Positions 38,064 to 47,871 of a stretch of 64,000 nt of DNA are shown piece by piece. The number at the start of each line of letters is the position of its first letter. Position 1 is the stretch's first letter. The notes under the pieces were generated by a model. That model did no database searches and was not told the origin of the DNA. It was given only the letters and a program-made list of their open reading frames with translations. The stretch covers positions 1 through 64,000 of the forward strand of contig BTUM01000015.1 of assembly GCA_045863235.1 (NCBI GenBank). Direction: 5' to 3'. Made by a program: the position numbers and the translations under genes. The stretch is from Candidatus Xenobia bacterium (lineage in GTDB: Bacteria > Vulcanimicrobiota > Xenobia > Xenobiales > QWHO01).

Positions 38064-38753
38064 GTGGGCTTTTCATCCCTGTCCGGACGTGGGCGCATCC
38101 TGGTGGCCGAGGACGAGCCCGAGCTGCGCGAGCTGATCCGCCGCTATCTCGAGGAGGAGGGCTTCGAGGTGCTGACCGCCGAGGACGGCCTCAAAGCGCT
38201 CGAGCTGGTGGGCAAGGAGGTGGACCTGGTGGTGCTCGACCTGCTCATGCCCAATCTGGACGGGCTCGAGGTGGTACGCCGCCTGCGGGCCTTCAGCGCC
38301 ATCCCGATTCTAATCGTGTCGGCCCGCGGCGAGGGCTCCGACCGGGTGATCGGCCTGGAGCTGGGGGCCGACGACTACCTCACCAAGCCCTTCATGCCGC
38401 GCGAGCTGGTAGCTCGCGTGAAGGCACTCTTGCGCCGATCCCGCTTGCCTGCGGCCAGCACCGCCAAGGTGGGCTCGCTCTTGCTCGACACCGAGAATCG
38501 CCGGGTGACGCTGGACGGCGAGCTGCTCGAGCTGACTCCCATCGAGTACGAGCTGTTGCGCGTGCTGGCCGGGGCCACGGGCAAGAACTTTACCCGTGAG
38601 GAGCTGCTCGACCGGGTCTGGGGCCCTGAATACCTGGGCGATACCCGGCGGGTCGATCTGTGCGTAAGCCGTTTGCGGGCCAAGCTGAACCGGCCGGGGC
38701 GCCCGGCGCCCATCCGCTCGGTGTGGGGCGTGGGCTACCGCTACGATCCGTGA
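38064..38753 (+). CDS. OmpR/PhoB-family response regulator
   Basis: ILVAEDE, LDLLMP, GADDYLTKPF; winged-helix C-terminus VWGVGYR. Confidence 0.95.
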   Translation: MGFSSLSGRGRILVAEDEPELRELIRRYLEEEGFEVLTAEDGLKALELVGKEVDLVVLDLLMPNLDGLEVVRRLRAFSAIPILIVSARGEGSDRVIGLELGADDYLTKPFMPRELVARVKALLRRSRLPAASTAKVGSLLLDTENRRVTLDGELLELTPIEYELLRVLAGATGKNFTREELLDRVWGPEYLGDTRRVDLCVSRLRAKLNRPGRPAPIRSVWGVGYRYDP

Positions 38754-40075
38754 GCCTCTGGCTGCGTCTGGCCCTGAGCTACCTGGCCGTCGTGGCGCTG
38801 TTCTTCGGCATCCTGGCTCTGGCGCGCCCCTCGCTGGCCCCGCGCCCGCGTCCGCCCCACACGGTGCTCGAGGACCTGCGTGCCAACCCTGAAACTCCAC
38901 TCCCGGCCGGTTCGAGAAGAACCGTGTATCCCGCTGAGGGGACTCCCAGGGCCCTGCAGGGACAGCTGGTGGACGTGAGCCCCGAGCAGCTGGCCGAGGC
39001 CCGTCAGGGGAAGCTGGTGGTGGCCGACCTGCCCGAGGAAGGCGGGTTCACCGGTCTGGTGATGCTCTCGGGTGGGGAGGTGCTGGCCCTGATGGCGCCA
39101 CCCCCCCCGTTCCGGCCGGCCGAGTTCGAGCAGATGGTGCGAATGGGTTACCTGCGGGCCGGCCTGCTGGCAGCTGTCATCTGCGTTCTTGTGGGCCTGG
39201 CCTTCAGCCGGGCTTTCACCCGGCCCTTGCGCCGTCTGGCGGCGGCCACGGAGGAGTTCGGGCCCGAGAATCTGACCTACCGCATCCCTGAGCACGGCCC
39301 CACAGAGCTGGCCGAGTTGAGCCGCTCCTTCAACCGCATGGCTGACCGGCTGCAGCACTCGGTAGAGACCCTGCGCGACTCGGAGGCCGCTCGGCGTGAG
39401 TTTCTGGGGGATGTCTCGCACAACCTGATGACTCCCCTGGCGGCCTCGATGGGCTGGGTGCAGGCCATGCTCGACGGCCTGACCCGCAGCCCCGAGGAAG
39501 AGCGCCGCCACCTCGAGCGCATCCAGCGCGAGCTGACCTTCGTATCTCGCAGCGTGCGCCGGCTGCTTGAGCTCTCGCGCTGGGAGCAGAGCGACCCCGA
39601 ACTGCGCTTTGAGACCTTCAAGCTGGTGGATCCTCTGATGGAAGTGGTGGAGACGCTGGAGGAGCAGGCAGCCGCCCGCAACGTGCAGCTTTCCTTCCAG
39701 GGTCTGGATTCTCGCTGGCAGGTGGAGGGAGACCGTGGTCGGGTGCGCGAGCTCTTGCAGATCTTGCTGGAGAACGCCGTGTTGCACGCGGGGGGTGACG
39801 TCACCGTGCGCCTGCTGGCCGAGCAGAAGGCCGGTCGGGTGTGGTTGACCATTGCCGACAACGGTTTCGGGATACCGGCCGAGGATCTACCCTTCGTGCG
39901 CAAGGGTTTTCGCCGCTCGTCGGGACGCAACACCGGGTTGGGGCTGGCCATCGCCGATCGGCTCGCGCGCTCGCACGGAGGGGTCCTCGAGCTGGAAAGC
40001 GAGACGGGCAAGGGAACGACGGTGCGCTTCAGTCTTCCGGCAGCGGAATCGGAAACATCCGGTTCACAAAGTTAA
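38750..40075 (+). CDS. HAMP-domain sensor histidine kinase
   Basis: Two TM helices, HAMP, DVSHNLMTPL, LLENA, DNGFGI and GLGLAI motifs. Confidence 0.93.
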   Translation: MSLWLRLALSYLAVVALFFGILALARPSLAPRPRPPHTVLEDLRANPETPLPAGSRRTVYPAEGTPRALQGQLVDVSPEQLAEARQGKLVVADLPEEGGFTGLVMLSGGEVLALMAPPPPFRPAEFEQMVRMGYLRAGLLAAVICVLVGLAFSRAFTRPLRRLAAATEEFGPENLTYRIPEHGPTELAELSRSFNRMADRLQHSVETLRDSEAARREFLGDVSHNLMTPLAASMGWVQAMLDGLTRSPEEERRHLERIQRELTFVSRSVRRLLELSRWEQSDPELRFETFKLVDPLMEVVETLEEQAAARNVQLSFQGLDSRWQVEGDRGRVRELLQILLENAVLHAGGDVTVRLLAEQKAGRVWLTIADNGFGIPAEDLPFVRKGFRRSSGRNTGLGLAIADRLARSHGGVLELESETGKGTTVRFSLPAAESETSGSQS

Positions 40076-40097
40076 CAAGTGTTCACAAAATGTCTAC
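40051..40097 (+). promoter_or_regulatory. cluster of related hexamers upstream of the Gly/Cys-rich peptide gene
   Basis: GGAAAC 40051, GTTCAC 40062, GTTAAC 40071, GTTCAC 40081, GTCTAC 40092. Confidence 0.55.
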
Positions 40098-40170
40098 TTC
40101 GGGATGGGCCTGGACAGGGCTTCTCCTGTATATCCTGACCTCAGAGCAAAAAGTAAAGGGAGGTCACCAG

Positions 40171-40443
40171 ATGATCAACGCCTTGAGTTCCGTCGGACAA
40201 GCGGGTGGCGCGGGTGGAGCGACCAAAACGCGCGAAGCGGGTGCCTCGGGGAGTGAGGAGATCCTCGCGCTCCTCATGAAGCTCTTACAAGACAAGCAGA
40301 GTGAGGGGCCCCAGGCCGGCGGCTCCCAGGGCGGCGGCGGATGTGCCGGCGGCGCCTGCGGCAGCGGCGGCGGGGGTTGCAAAGGCGGCAGCTGCGGCAA
40401 GGCCTGCGGCGGAGCCTGCCGAGCCAAGAAGGTAGGTGGCTGA
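40171..40443 (+). CDS. small Gly/Cys-rich peptide (90 aa)
   Basis: GGAGG RBS; MINALSSVG...EEILALLMKLLQ...six Cys in a Gly-rich tail; own terminator. Confidence 0.75.
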   Translation: MINALSSVGQAGGAGGATKTREAGASGSEEILALLMKLLQDKQSEGPQAGGSQGGGGCAGGACGSGGGGCKGGSCGKACGGACRAKKVGG

Positions 40444-40481
40444 CGCTGACACCAGACGCAGAGTTCTGCGTCTCAACCGAG

Positions 40482-40510
40482 AGGCCGGGCCACAAGGCCC
40501 GGCCTTCTTT
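40482..40510 (+). terminator. intrinsic terminator
   Basis: AGGCCGGGCC-ACAA-GGCCCGGCCT-TCTTT; a second hairpin lies at 40454-40473. Confidence 0.7.
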
Positions 40511-40527
40511 GACCCGAGGAGGTTGGC

Positions 40528-41421
40528 ATGGACGGACTGTTGTCAGCGCTGCAAGCAAACTGGGGAGGCTCGGGACCGGCCCTGCAAGATCCAGGGACTT
40601 TGAGCGGACTGCTCTCGCTGGTGCGCCTCTGGCAGGCCGGTGAGCTCGACCTGGAAGAGGTGCTCACCTCGCTTGAAGAGGTCACTCGCAACACCGCCGA
40701 GGCCATCCGGGAGACCAGAGCCGATCTCGAGGAGCCACTGGCCCAGGAGCTGGCTGAAGGCCTGGCTGAGTTGGAGGGCGTGTTTCTCGAGATCGAGAGC
40801 GAGCTGGCTTCGTTGCTGGAGTGCCTCGAGCATGAGCCGGGCTCGGTCGACCTGACCAACCTCACCAGCTGCCAGCAGCGGCTGAGCGAGTGCGCTCGCT
40901 TCTTGCAAGAGTGGGCCGAGGCTCCGGTGCCGCGCTGCCTGCGTTGCGGCTCGCGCGACGCCAGCATGCGCTGCCAGGCCTGCGGTCTGGACTGTCTGAT
41001 CCCCGTGCCTCCCAGCGAGGAGGATGATGTCAGCGGGGCCTATCTCAGCCCTGAGTATTTGGAGCTCTACCGAGCCTATCGCGCTGTCATGGATGGGGAA
41101 GGTCCCCTGGCGCCGATGCTGGCCCGGCTGGGCCCGCTGGAGACCAGCCTGGCCCCCCTCGAGCGCCTGGCCCGCATGACCGGGTCGCCCATCCTGGGCG
41201 AGGTGGAGCGCAGCCTGAACGGCATCCAGCAGATGCGCCGGGTGACCTCCAGCCGGCTGGCCAGCGACCTGAGCCAGGGCTGGGAGCAGGTCTTTCAGGG
41301 TGCGCTCGGGCTCAAGAGCCTCATGCCCCAGCTGTTGCGCGAGCAGGGCCTGGAGGAAGAGGCCCGCCGACTCGAGCAGGACCAGCGCTCATCGGACGGC
41401 ATCTCGCTCGGGTTGCGCTGA
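40528..41421 (+). CDS. hypothetical helical protein with a central zinc ribbon
   Basis: GAGGAGG RBS; CLRC...CQAC. Confidence 0.75.
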   Translation: MDGLLSALQANWGGSGPALQDPGTLSGLLSLVRLWQAGELDLEEVLTSLEEVTRNTAEAIRETRADLEEPLAQELAEGLAELEGVFLEIESELASLLECLEHEPGSVDLTNLTSCQQRLSECARFLQEWAEAPVPRCLRCGSRDASMRCQACGLDCLIPVPPSEEDDVSGAYLSPEYLELYRAYRAVMDGEGPLAPMLARLGPLETSLAPLERLARMTGSPILGEVERSLNGIQQMRRVTSSRLASDLSQGWEQVFQGALGLKSLMPQLLREQGLEEEARRLEQDQRSSDGISLGLR

Positions 41422-41487
41422 CTCCCGCCCCGCCCGCGGCCCCGCTCGGCCGCGGACGGGCGGAAGACTGTCGACCGCTCGCTGAGT

Positions 41488-43593
41488 TTACTTGAAGAGC
41501 GGCCCCAGCAGAGGGGCCAGAACCGCCTTCTTGTCGGCGATGACCGTCTGCCAGTCGTCCTGCAAGAGACCGCCTGTGTCGGTCGAGTTCGGGTTCCAGG
41601 ACCAGTAGGTGAAGCTGATCCCGTTGCTCTGCATGTAGCCCGTCAGGGTGGTCAGCCACTGCCGGTCGAGCTGGGTCTGATAGCGGGTGCCGAACTCACC
41701 CACCAGCACGGGGGCAAGGTTCTGCTTGACCAGGTAACCCCAGCATTCATCCCACAGAGGAGCCAGGTTGTTGGGGTATCCGGACTGGCTGAACCAGACC
41801 TGGTTGTAGACCGAGGCCGGATAGTCGTGGGTGGAGTACACCACCCGCCTGGGTACGTTGAGCACGACCGGATGGCTGCCGGCCGCCTTCAGGTTGCCGC
41901 CCCACCAGTAGTTGCGTCCCCCGGCCGTCTCCACGCCCTCCACGATGATCAGGAGATTGGGATTGACGGCCAGGATCCGATTTCCGGCCCTCTGGGCGGC
42001 CAGTCGCCAGTCGGTGGCCAGGTTGCCCGATCCCCAGCTGGCCTGACCGTGCGGCTCATTGTGGAGGTCGAAGCCGATCACGGTAGGGTTGCCCTGGTAG
42101 CGTCGGGCCAGCATCTCGAAGTCACTGATCCAGCGCTCCTCGGAGATGGCCGAGGTATACCACAGCTCGCTCTGGCTGTCCCCGGTCGGGCGATGGCGGT
42201 CCAGGATGACCTTCATTCCGTGGTACTGAGCCCGAGCGATGATGCGATCCATGATCTCCAGTGAGCTCTTGCCCACCAGATCGGGGTTGAGGGCGTAGTT
42301 GATGGTGCCGGGCCGGCTGGAAGCGTCCAGCATCTGGTTGCAGAAGGGCAGTCGGATGCAGTTGTAGCCCTCCTGAGCCATCTGGTCGACCATGGAGTTG
42401 AGCGAGCGCGCCCACAGTCCGTGCGGGCCAAAGTCGCTGGTTTCCAGTCCGAACCAGTTGACCCCGGTCAGCCGCACGGTGCGACCCTGCTCATCCACGA
42501 TGCGGGCGCCATCGGTGTGGAAATACCCCGCTCCGACCGCCGCCCCACCGGTGGTGGTTCCCCCGGTGGTGCCGCCCGAGGTCGTGCCCCCGGTGGTGGT
42601 TCCCCCGGTGGTGCCGCCCGAGGTCGTGCCTCCGGTGGTCGTTCCTCCGGTGATGCCGCCCGAGGTCGTGCCTCCGGTGGTGGTTCCTCCGGTGGCTCCC
42701 ACCAGACTCACTCCCAGAGAGCTCACCCCACCAGGGGTGCCCTGGAATCCGAAGCTGACGGAGCTTCCGGCTTTGACCACGCGGTTGTACTCCACCGACC
42801 CGAATCGGTAGACGCTGCCTGTGCGGCTGATCGACCGGGCGTTCCAGCTGTTGGTCACGGTGCCCGCGAAGGTCACGTCCACCTGCCAGTCCAGCAAGTC
42901 GGCAGGCCCGGGATTGATGATCTCCACCGTGCCCACGAAGCCCGATCCCCAGTCGTCGTCGGTACGCCAGCGCACGGTGGGGGTCGTTCCCGTCCCACCC
43001 GTGCTCGACGTGCCACCGGTCGTGCCCCCGGAAGTCGTGCCGCCCGTGCTGCCGCTCGTTGTGCCACCGGTCGTGCCCCCGGAAGTCGAGCCGCCCGTGG
43101 TTCCGCTCGTCGTCGTGCCACCCGTGGTCGTGGTGGATGGGGTGTCACCTGTCAGCCGGTAGTTGCCGGGGGCCGCCAGGTTCCCCGGGGTTCCCTGGAA
43201 GCCGAACCTGACCGTCCCCCTCGGCTCGATCCAGGCATTGTAGCTTTCTCCCCGCACGACCACGCGCTGGCCCTGGCGAGAGACGATGCGACCGTTCCAC
43301 ATCGCGCTGATCGCGTGGTTGAAGTCGAAGGCCAGTCTCCAGTTGTTGATGCGCTGGTCAGTCAGGTTGGCGATCTCGATTTCGGCCACATAGCCCTGGC
43401 CCCAGTCCGAGCCGGGCTTGAAGCTCACCCGATACTCCGCGCCCGCTAAAACACGGAGTTGCTCTGATTGTGTTGACTGGGAGGCCCCGGTCACGGTAGG
43501 ATCCACACCACCCCCGCCCTCAGCGATCGACTCGGGCCCAGCGCCCGAGCAGCCGATCAGCCAGAGGCACACGATCAGAGACCAGATGCGCAC
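41488..43593 (-). CDS. GH5 endoglucanase lipoprotein with two CBM2 domains
   Basis: LIGC lipobox-like site; two DWG.G...W...WN CBM2 modules; GVNWFGLET, FDLHNEPH, VLVGEFG and YWSWNPNS.DTGG motifs. Confidence 0.93.
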   Translation of the reverse strand: MRIWSLIVCLWLIGCSGAGPESIAEGGGGVDPTVTGASQSTQSEQLRVLAGAEYRVSFKPGSDWGQGYVAEIEIANLTDQRINNWRLAFDFNHAISAMWNGRIVSRQGQRVVVRGESYNAWIEPRGTVRFGFQGTPGNLAAPGNYRLTGDTPSTTTTGGTTTSGTTGGSTSGGTTGGTTSGSTGGTTSGGTTGGTSSTGGTGTTPTVRWRTDDDWGSGFVGTVEIINPGPADLLDWQVDVTFAGTVTNSWNARSISRTGSVYRFGSVEYNRVVKAGSSVSFGFQGTPGGVSSLGVSLVGATGGTTTGGTTSGGITGGTTTGGTTSGGTTGGTTTGGTTSGGTTGGTTTGGAAVGAGYFHTDGARIVDEQGRTVRLTGVNWFGLETSDFGPHGLWARSLNSMVDQMAQEGYNCIRLPFCNQMLDASSRPGTINYALNPDLVGKSSLEIMDRIIARAQYHGMKVILDRHRPTGDSQSELWYTSAISEERWISDFEMLARRYQGNPTVIGFDLHNEPHGQASWGSGNLATDWRLAAQRAGNRILAVNPNLLIIVEGVETAGGRNYWWGGNLKAAGSHPVVLNVPRRVVYSTHDYPASVYNQVWFSQSGYPNNLAPLWDECWGYLVKQNLAPVLVGEFGTRYQTQLDRQWLTTLTGYMQSNGISFTYWSWNPNSTDTGGLLQDDWQTVIADKKAVLAPLLGPLFK
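42545..42695 (-). repeat. Thr/Gly linker repeats (GGTT[T/S]); a second block lies at about 42990-43140
   Basis: Tandem 12-15-nt units in frame within the cellulase. Confidence 0.85.
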
Positions 43594-43713
43594 GAGTGCG
43601 TACCTCTCTTTCTGAGCCTGTGAAGGCAGGATGCCCTCAAGACCGGACGGGGCCCGCCAGGAGTTCCCCGGTCGCCGAGGAATCTCGCCCAACTTCCCTG
43701 GAGGTCGTTTCAG

Positions 43714-44568
43714 TTGCTTAACCTGCGTTGCATCCTGGTGATCCTCTGTCTCACGCTGGCGGGCCTGGCTCAGGACCAGCGCCAGATCCTCTTGCTGCCG
43801 GTGGCCATGCTGGGCGACTACCAGCCTGGTTCGGGTCAGGAGTTCACTCAGGACCTGATCACCGACACCGCCCGCATGGCTCCCAACGCCAAGCTGGTTC
43901 TGGCTCGCCCCGCTGACCTGGCGGGCTTGCAGTATCAGGCCCAGGACCAGCCCCCCAGCAGCGAGGAGGCGGCTCGCCTGTGCTCGGCATACTCCACCAC
44001 CAACGCGGTCTGGCTGCAGTGTCGCTTCACTCCGGAGTATCAGCCCCCGGTCGGGGGGCAGCCCGGAGTGCTGACCGTGGCAGGAGGCGCTCGTTTCTGG
44101 GCATTTCGGGCCTCGGACCGCAAGGTGGTCATCGACCAGCCGCTCTCGGTGGTGCGCAGCACGGTGGTTCCTGTGGGCACCGACGATGCCACTCTGGCCG
44201 GCCTGACCCAGAAGCTCAACAGCCAGTGCATGAACCAGCTGGCCCAGCAGGTCATCACCGTGGCCCAGCAGCAGTCAGCCCAACAGCGGACGGCCCGCTG
44301 GGGAGCCCCCGACCCGGCCGCCACCGGCTTCAGTGCCGCGTATCAGGCCATGGCCGCCAGCATCCAGCGTTACCAGCAGGACGTGAATGAGGGCGACCTG
44401 ATCGGCACCACCGATACCCAGCGCCAATGCCTGACCAACTGGCGCGCTCTGAGCGCCAACGACCAGGCGCTGATCGAGAAGAACTATCCCGGCACCACCC
44501 AGTGGATGGAGGGCGGCGTTTACTACGACGTGGGCTACCCCTACTACTATGGCGGCCGGCGCCGATAG
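43714..44568 (+). CDS. secreted hypothetical protein
   Basis: Signal peptide; GGAGG RBS; Tyr-rich C-terminus. Confidence 0.7.
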   Translation: MLNLRCILVILCLTLAGLAQDQRQILLLPVAMLGDYQPGSGQEFTQDLITDTARMAPNAKLVLARPADLAGLQYQAQDQPPSSEEAARLCSAYSTTNAVWLQCRFTPEYQPPVGGQPGVLTVAGGARFWAFRASDRKVVIDQPLSVVRSTVVPVGTDDATLAGLTQKLNSQCMNQLAQQVITVAQQQSAQQRTARWGAPDPAATGFSAAYQAMAASIQRYQQDVNEGDLIGTTDTQRQCLTNWRALSANDQALIEKNYPGTTQWMEGGVYYDVGYPYYYGGRRR

Positions 44569-44659
44569 GGTTCCGGCCGGGCCCTCTTCTTCAAAAAGTC
44601 ACAGGAAATTGATCGGCACGGCTGTTGCGGCCGGGTCATGAGCAAGCGAGGAGGCTCCC

Positions 44660-47600
44660 ATGGAAACGGCCCTTTTGGAAACCCACAAAGACCAGCTCGA
44701 ACCCATTCCCCAGCCCCCCAAGCGCCTGTTGGTGGGCAACTTGAACGAGCTGACCTCCGGCCCCACGCCCTTCGAAGCGATGTGCCGACTGGCCGACGAA
44801 TATGGCCCCCTGTTTCAGCTGGAGGTCGGGGGCAATCGCATCATCATCGCCTCCAGCTTCGAGCTGGCAGACGAGCTGTGTGACACCAAGCGCTTCGACA
44901 AAGGCATCGGGCCCGGCCTCAAGCAGGTGCGCATCCTCAATTCAGAAGGACTTTTCTCGTCCTATACCCACGAGGCCCACTGGCGCAAAGCCCACAACAT
45001 CCTGTTGCCCAACTTCTCGCATGCGGCCATGAAGCGTTACGTCCCGGCCATGCTCGACATGGCCAACCAGCTGGTCGAGAAATGGGAACTTGCCGCGGCC
45101 GAGGGCCACGAGGTCAACGTGCCCGAAGACATGACCCGGCTCACCCTGGATACCATCGGTTTGTGCGGGTTCGACTATCGCTTCGACTCCTTCAAGCACG
45201 ATCAGCCCCACCCGTTCGTGCAGGCCATGATGAATTTCCTCAGTGCCATGCAGGAAAACGCTCGGCGTCCCGCCCTGGTGAACAAGATGATGGTGCTCAA
45301 ACAGCGCCAGCTTCGCAAGGACAGCCAGTTCATCAACTCCTACGTGGACAACATCGTGGCTGAGCGCAAGAAACAGCCCGATCAGTCCGGCAAGAACGAC
45401 CTGTTGAGCTTCATGCTCAACGGGGTCGATCGCGAGTCGGGCGAGAAACTGACCGACAGCGTCATCCGGGCCAACATCGTCACCTTCTTGATCGCCGGCC
45501 ACGAGACCACCAGCGGTCTGTTGTCCTTCGCCATCTACGAGCTCTTGCGCCATCCCGCGGTGCTGGCCAAAGCTTATCAGGAGGTGGATCGGGTTCTGGG
45601 GCCCCAGCCAGATTTCACCCAGATTCATGAGCTGCAGTACATCCTGCAGATCTTGAAGGAAACGTTGCGATTCTGGCCCACCGCCCCGGTCTTCTCGCTG
45701 ACCCCCTACGAGGACACGGTGATCGGCGGGAAGTACTTCATTCCCAGGGGCCAGCCCGTGCAGTTGCTGCTGACCAAAGTGCACCGAGACCCCAAGATCT
45801 GGGGTCCCCACGCCAACGAGTTCAATCCCGACAACTTCGCTCCTGAGCTGGAGGAGAAGCGCCCCGCCAACGCCTTCAAAGCCTTCGGCAACGGTCAGCG
45901 AGCCTGCATCGGGCGTCAGTTCGCCCTGCAGGAGGCCATGCTGGTGCTGGGCATGCTGCTGTCCCGCTTCAAGTTCGTTGACTTCGAGCACTACCAGATG
46001 CACCTCAAGCAGAGCCTGACCATCAAGCCGGGCGACTTCAAGATCAAACTCGAGCGGCGTCCCGAGCGAAAGAGCGTAACCCCGGTCAAGCAGGCCGAGC
46101 AGCCCGAGACGCCGGTGGAGAAGCCGGTGGCGGTGGCGGCCCACAACACCCCCCTGCTGGTGCTCTTCGGCTCCAACATGGGCTCGGCCGAGGCTTTCGC
46201 TCACCTGGTGGGCGAGGACGGCGGCGACCGGGGATACCGGGCCACCGTGGCCAGCCTGGACGAGTACGTCGGCAAGCTCCCCACCGAGGGCGTGGTGCTG
46301 ATCGTGACCTCCACCTACAACGGCCAACCGCCCGACAACGCGGTTCATTTCGTGGAATGGCTCAAGGGCGAGCAGAAGTCCCTCAAAGGCGTGCGCTACG
46401 CCGTGATGGGCTGCGGTAATCGCGACTGGGCCAGCTCGTTTCAGGCTGTTCCCAAGCTGATCGACAGCCGGCTGGAGGAGCTGGGAGCCGAGCGAGTGCT
46501 GGCCCGAGGAGAAGCCGACGCGCGGGGCGACTTCGATGGGCAGTTTCAGAAGTGGTATCGACCCGTGTGGACCTCGCTGGCCGAGAAACTGGGGCTGGAT
46601 CAGGCCTCGGCCGCCGCGCAAGCGCGGGGCGACCAGTATGAGGTCGAGTTCCTGGAGGAGCCGCGCGACAATCCCTTCGTGGCTTCGTTTGGAGCCCGTC
46701 CCATGACCGTGGTCGAGAATCATCCCCTGTACCAAGGCGAGCGCAGCGCCCGCCATATCGAGCTGGTGCTGCCCGAAGGGGTGGACTACCAGCCCGGGGA
46801 CCATCTGGGGGTGATCCCCCGCAACGCCGACAGCCTGGTCAAGCGGGTGGCCGATCGTTTTCGGATCGATCCCAAGGCCCGCCTGCGCATCAAGCAGAAG
46901 GCGGGCTCGCGCACGGTGCTGCCGGTGGACCGGGTGGTTTCGTTAAGCCATCTTCTGAGTGAGTACGTCGAGCTGCAGGACGTGGCCACCCGGGCCCAGC
47001 TCGAAGCTCTGGCAGCCCACACCGAGTGCCCTCCTTCCAAACTCGCCCTCAAGGCCCTGGCGGCCGAGGACGCGGCTTACGATGAGGGGGTGCGACAGAA
47101 AGGCCGCTCGGTGCTCGACCTGCTGGAAGAGCATCGCTCCGTGGAGCTACCCTTCAACGTCTTCCTGGAGATGTTGCCGCCGCTCCGGCCGCGCTACTAC
47201 TCCATCTCCTCCTCGCCCCAGGCGGGCGACCGTATCTTGAGCCTCACCGTGGGCGTGCTCGATCAGCCGGCCCGCAGCGGCCACGGGCGCTTCCAGGGGG
47301 CTTGCTCCAACTACCTGGCCCGTACCCCCAGAGGACAGACGGTGTATGCTTTCGTCCGGGCCAACCCGGCTTTTCACATGCCCGAGTCGCCGGCCACGCC
47401 CCTCCTGATGGTGGGCCCCGGCACAGGTCTGGCCGCCTTCCGGGGCTTCCTGCAGGAGCGAGCCGTGCAGAAGGCCCAGGGGCAGGAGCTGGGCCCGGCT
47501 CTGCTCTTCTTTGGCTGCCGCCATCCCGAGCAGGATTTTCTTTACCAGGATGAGCTCGAGGAGTACGCCCGCGAGGGGATCAACGAACTGGTAGTGGCCT

Positions 47601-47860
47601 ACTCGCGGGTGGATCCCAACCGTAAGGTCTACGTGCAACACAAGCTGGCCGAGATGAAGGAGCGGGTGTGGGAGCTCTTGCAGCAGGGAGGCGTGATCTA
47701 TGTGTGTGGCGACGCGGCCCACATGGCTCCCGACGTGCGCTCCGCCCTGGCCGCGCTGTACCGGGAGAAGACCGGCCAGGGCGAGGCCGAGGCGGAGAAG
47801 TGGCTGCAGGAGCTGGCGGCTTCCAACCGTTACCGGCTGGACGTCTGGGCTGCGAGCTAA
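44660..47860 (+). CDS. bifunctional cytochrome P450/NADPH-P450 reductase (CYP102, BM3-like)
   Basis: AGHETTSG, ETLR, FGNGQRACIG; flavodoxin GSNMG; RYYSISSS, GPGTG and YVCGD motifs. Confidence 0.96.
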   Translation: METALLETHKDQLEPIPQPPKRLLVGNLNELTSGPTPFEAMCRLADEYGPLFQLEVGGNRIIIASSFELADELCDTKRFDKGIGPGLKQVRILNSEGLFSSYTHEAHWRKAHNILLPNFSHAAMKRYVPAMLDMANQLVEKWELAAAEGHEVNVPEDMTRLTLDTIGLCGFDYRFDSFKHDQPHPFVQAMMNFLSAMQENARRPALVNKMMVLKQRQLRKDSQFINSYVDNIVAERKKQPDQSGKNDLLSFMLNGVDRESGEKLTDSVIRANIVTFLIAGHETTSGLLSFAIYELLRHPAVLAKAYQEVDRVLGPQPDFTQIHELQYILQILKETLRFWPTAPVFSLTPYEDTVIGGKYFIPRGQPVQLLLTKVHRDPKIWGPHANEFNPDNFAPELEEKRPANAFKAFGNGQRACIGRQFALQEAMLVLGMLLSRFKFVDFEHYQMHLKQSLTIKPGDFKIKLERRPERKSVTPVKQAEQPETPVEKPVAVAAHNTPLLVLFGSNMGSAEAFAHLVGEDGGDRGYRATVASLDEYVGKLPTEGVVLIVTSTYNGQPPDNAVHFVEWLKGEQKSLKGVRYAVMGCGNRDWASSFQAVPKLIDSRLEELGAERVLARGEADARGDFDGQFQKWYRPVWTSLAEKLGLDQASAAAQARGDQYEVEFLEEPRDNPFVASFGARPMTVVENHPLYQGERSARHIELVLPEGVDYQPGDHLGVIPRNADSLVKRVADRFRIDPKARLRIKQKAGSRTVLPVDRVVSLSHLLSEYVELQDVATRAQLEALAAHTECPPSKLALKALAAEDAAYDEGVRQKGRSVLDLLEEHRSVELPFNVFLEMLPPLRPRYYSISSSPQAGDRILSLTVGVLDQPARSGHGRFQGACSNYLARTPRGQTVYAFVRANPAFHMPESPATPLLMVGPGTGLAAFRGFLQERAVQKAQGQELGPALLFFGCRHPEQDFLYQDELEEYAREGINELVVAYSRVDPNRKVYVQHKLAEMKERVWELLQQGGVIYVCGDAAHMAPDVRSALAALYREKTGQGEAEAEKWLQELAASNRYRLDVWAAS

Positions 47861-47871
47861 AATGCTCGCCT

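Noticed and set aside
42545..43140. Tandem repeats as a possible CRISPR array
   Set aside because: There are no unique spacers; they encode Thr/Gly linkers in frame within the cellulase.
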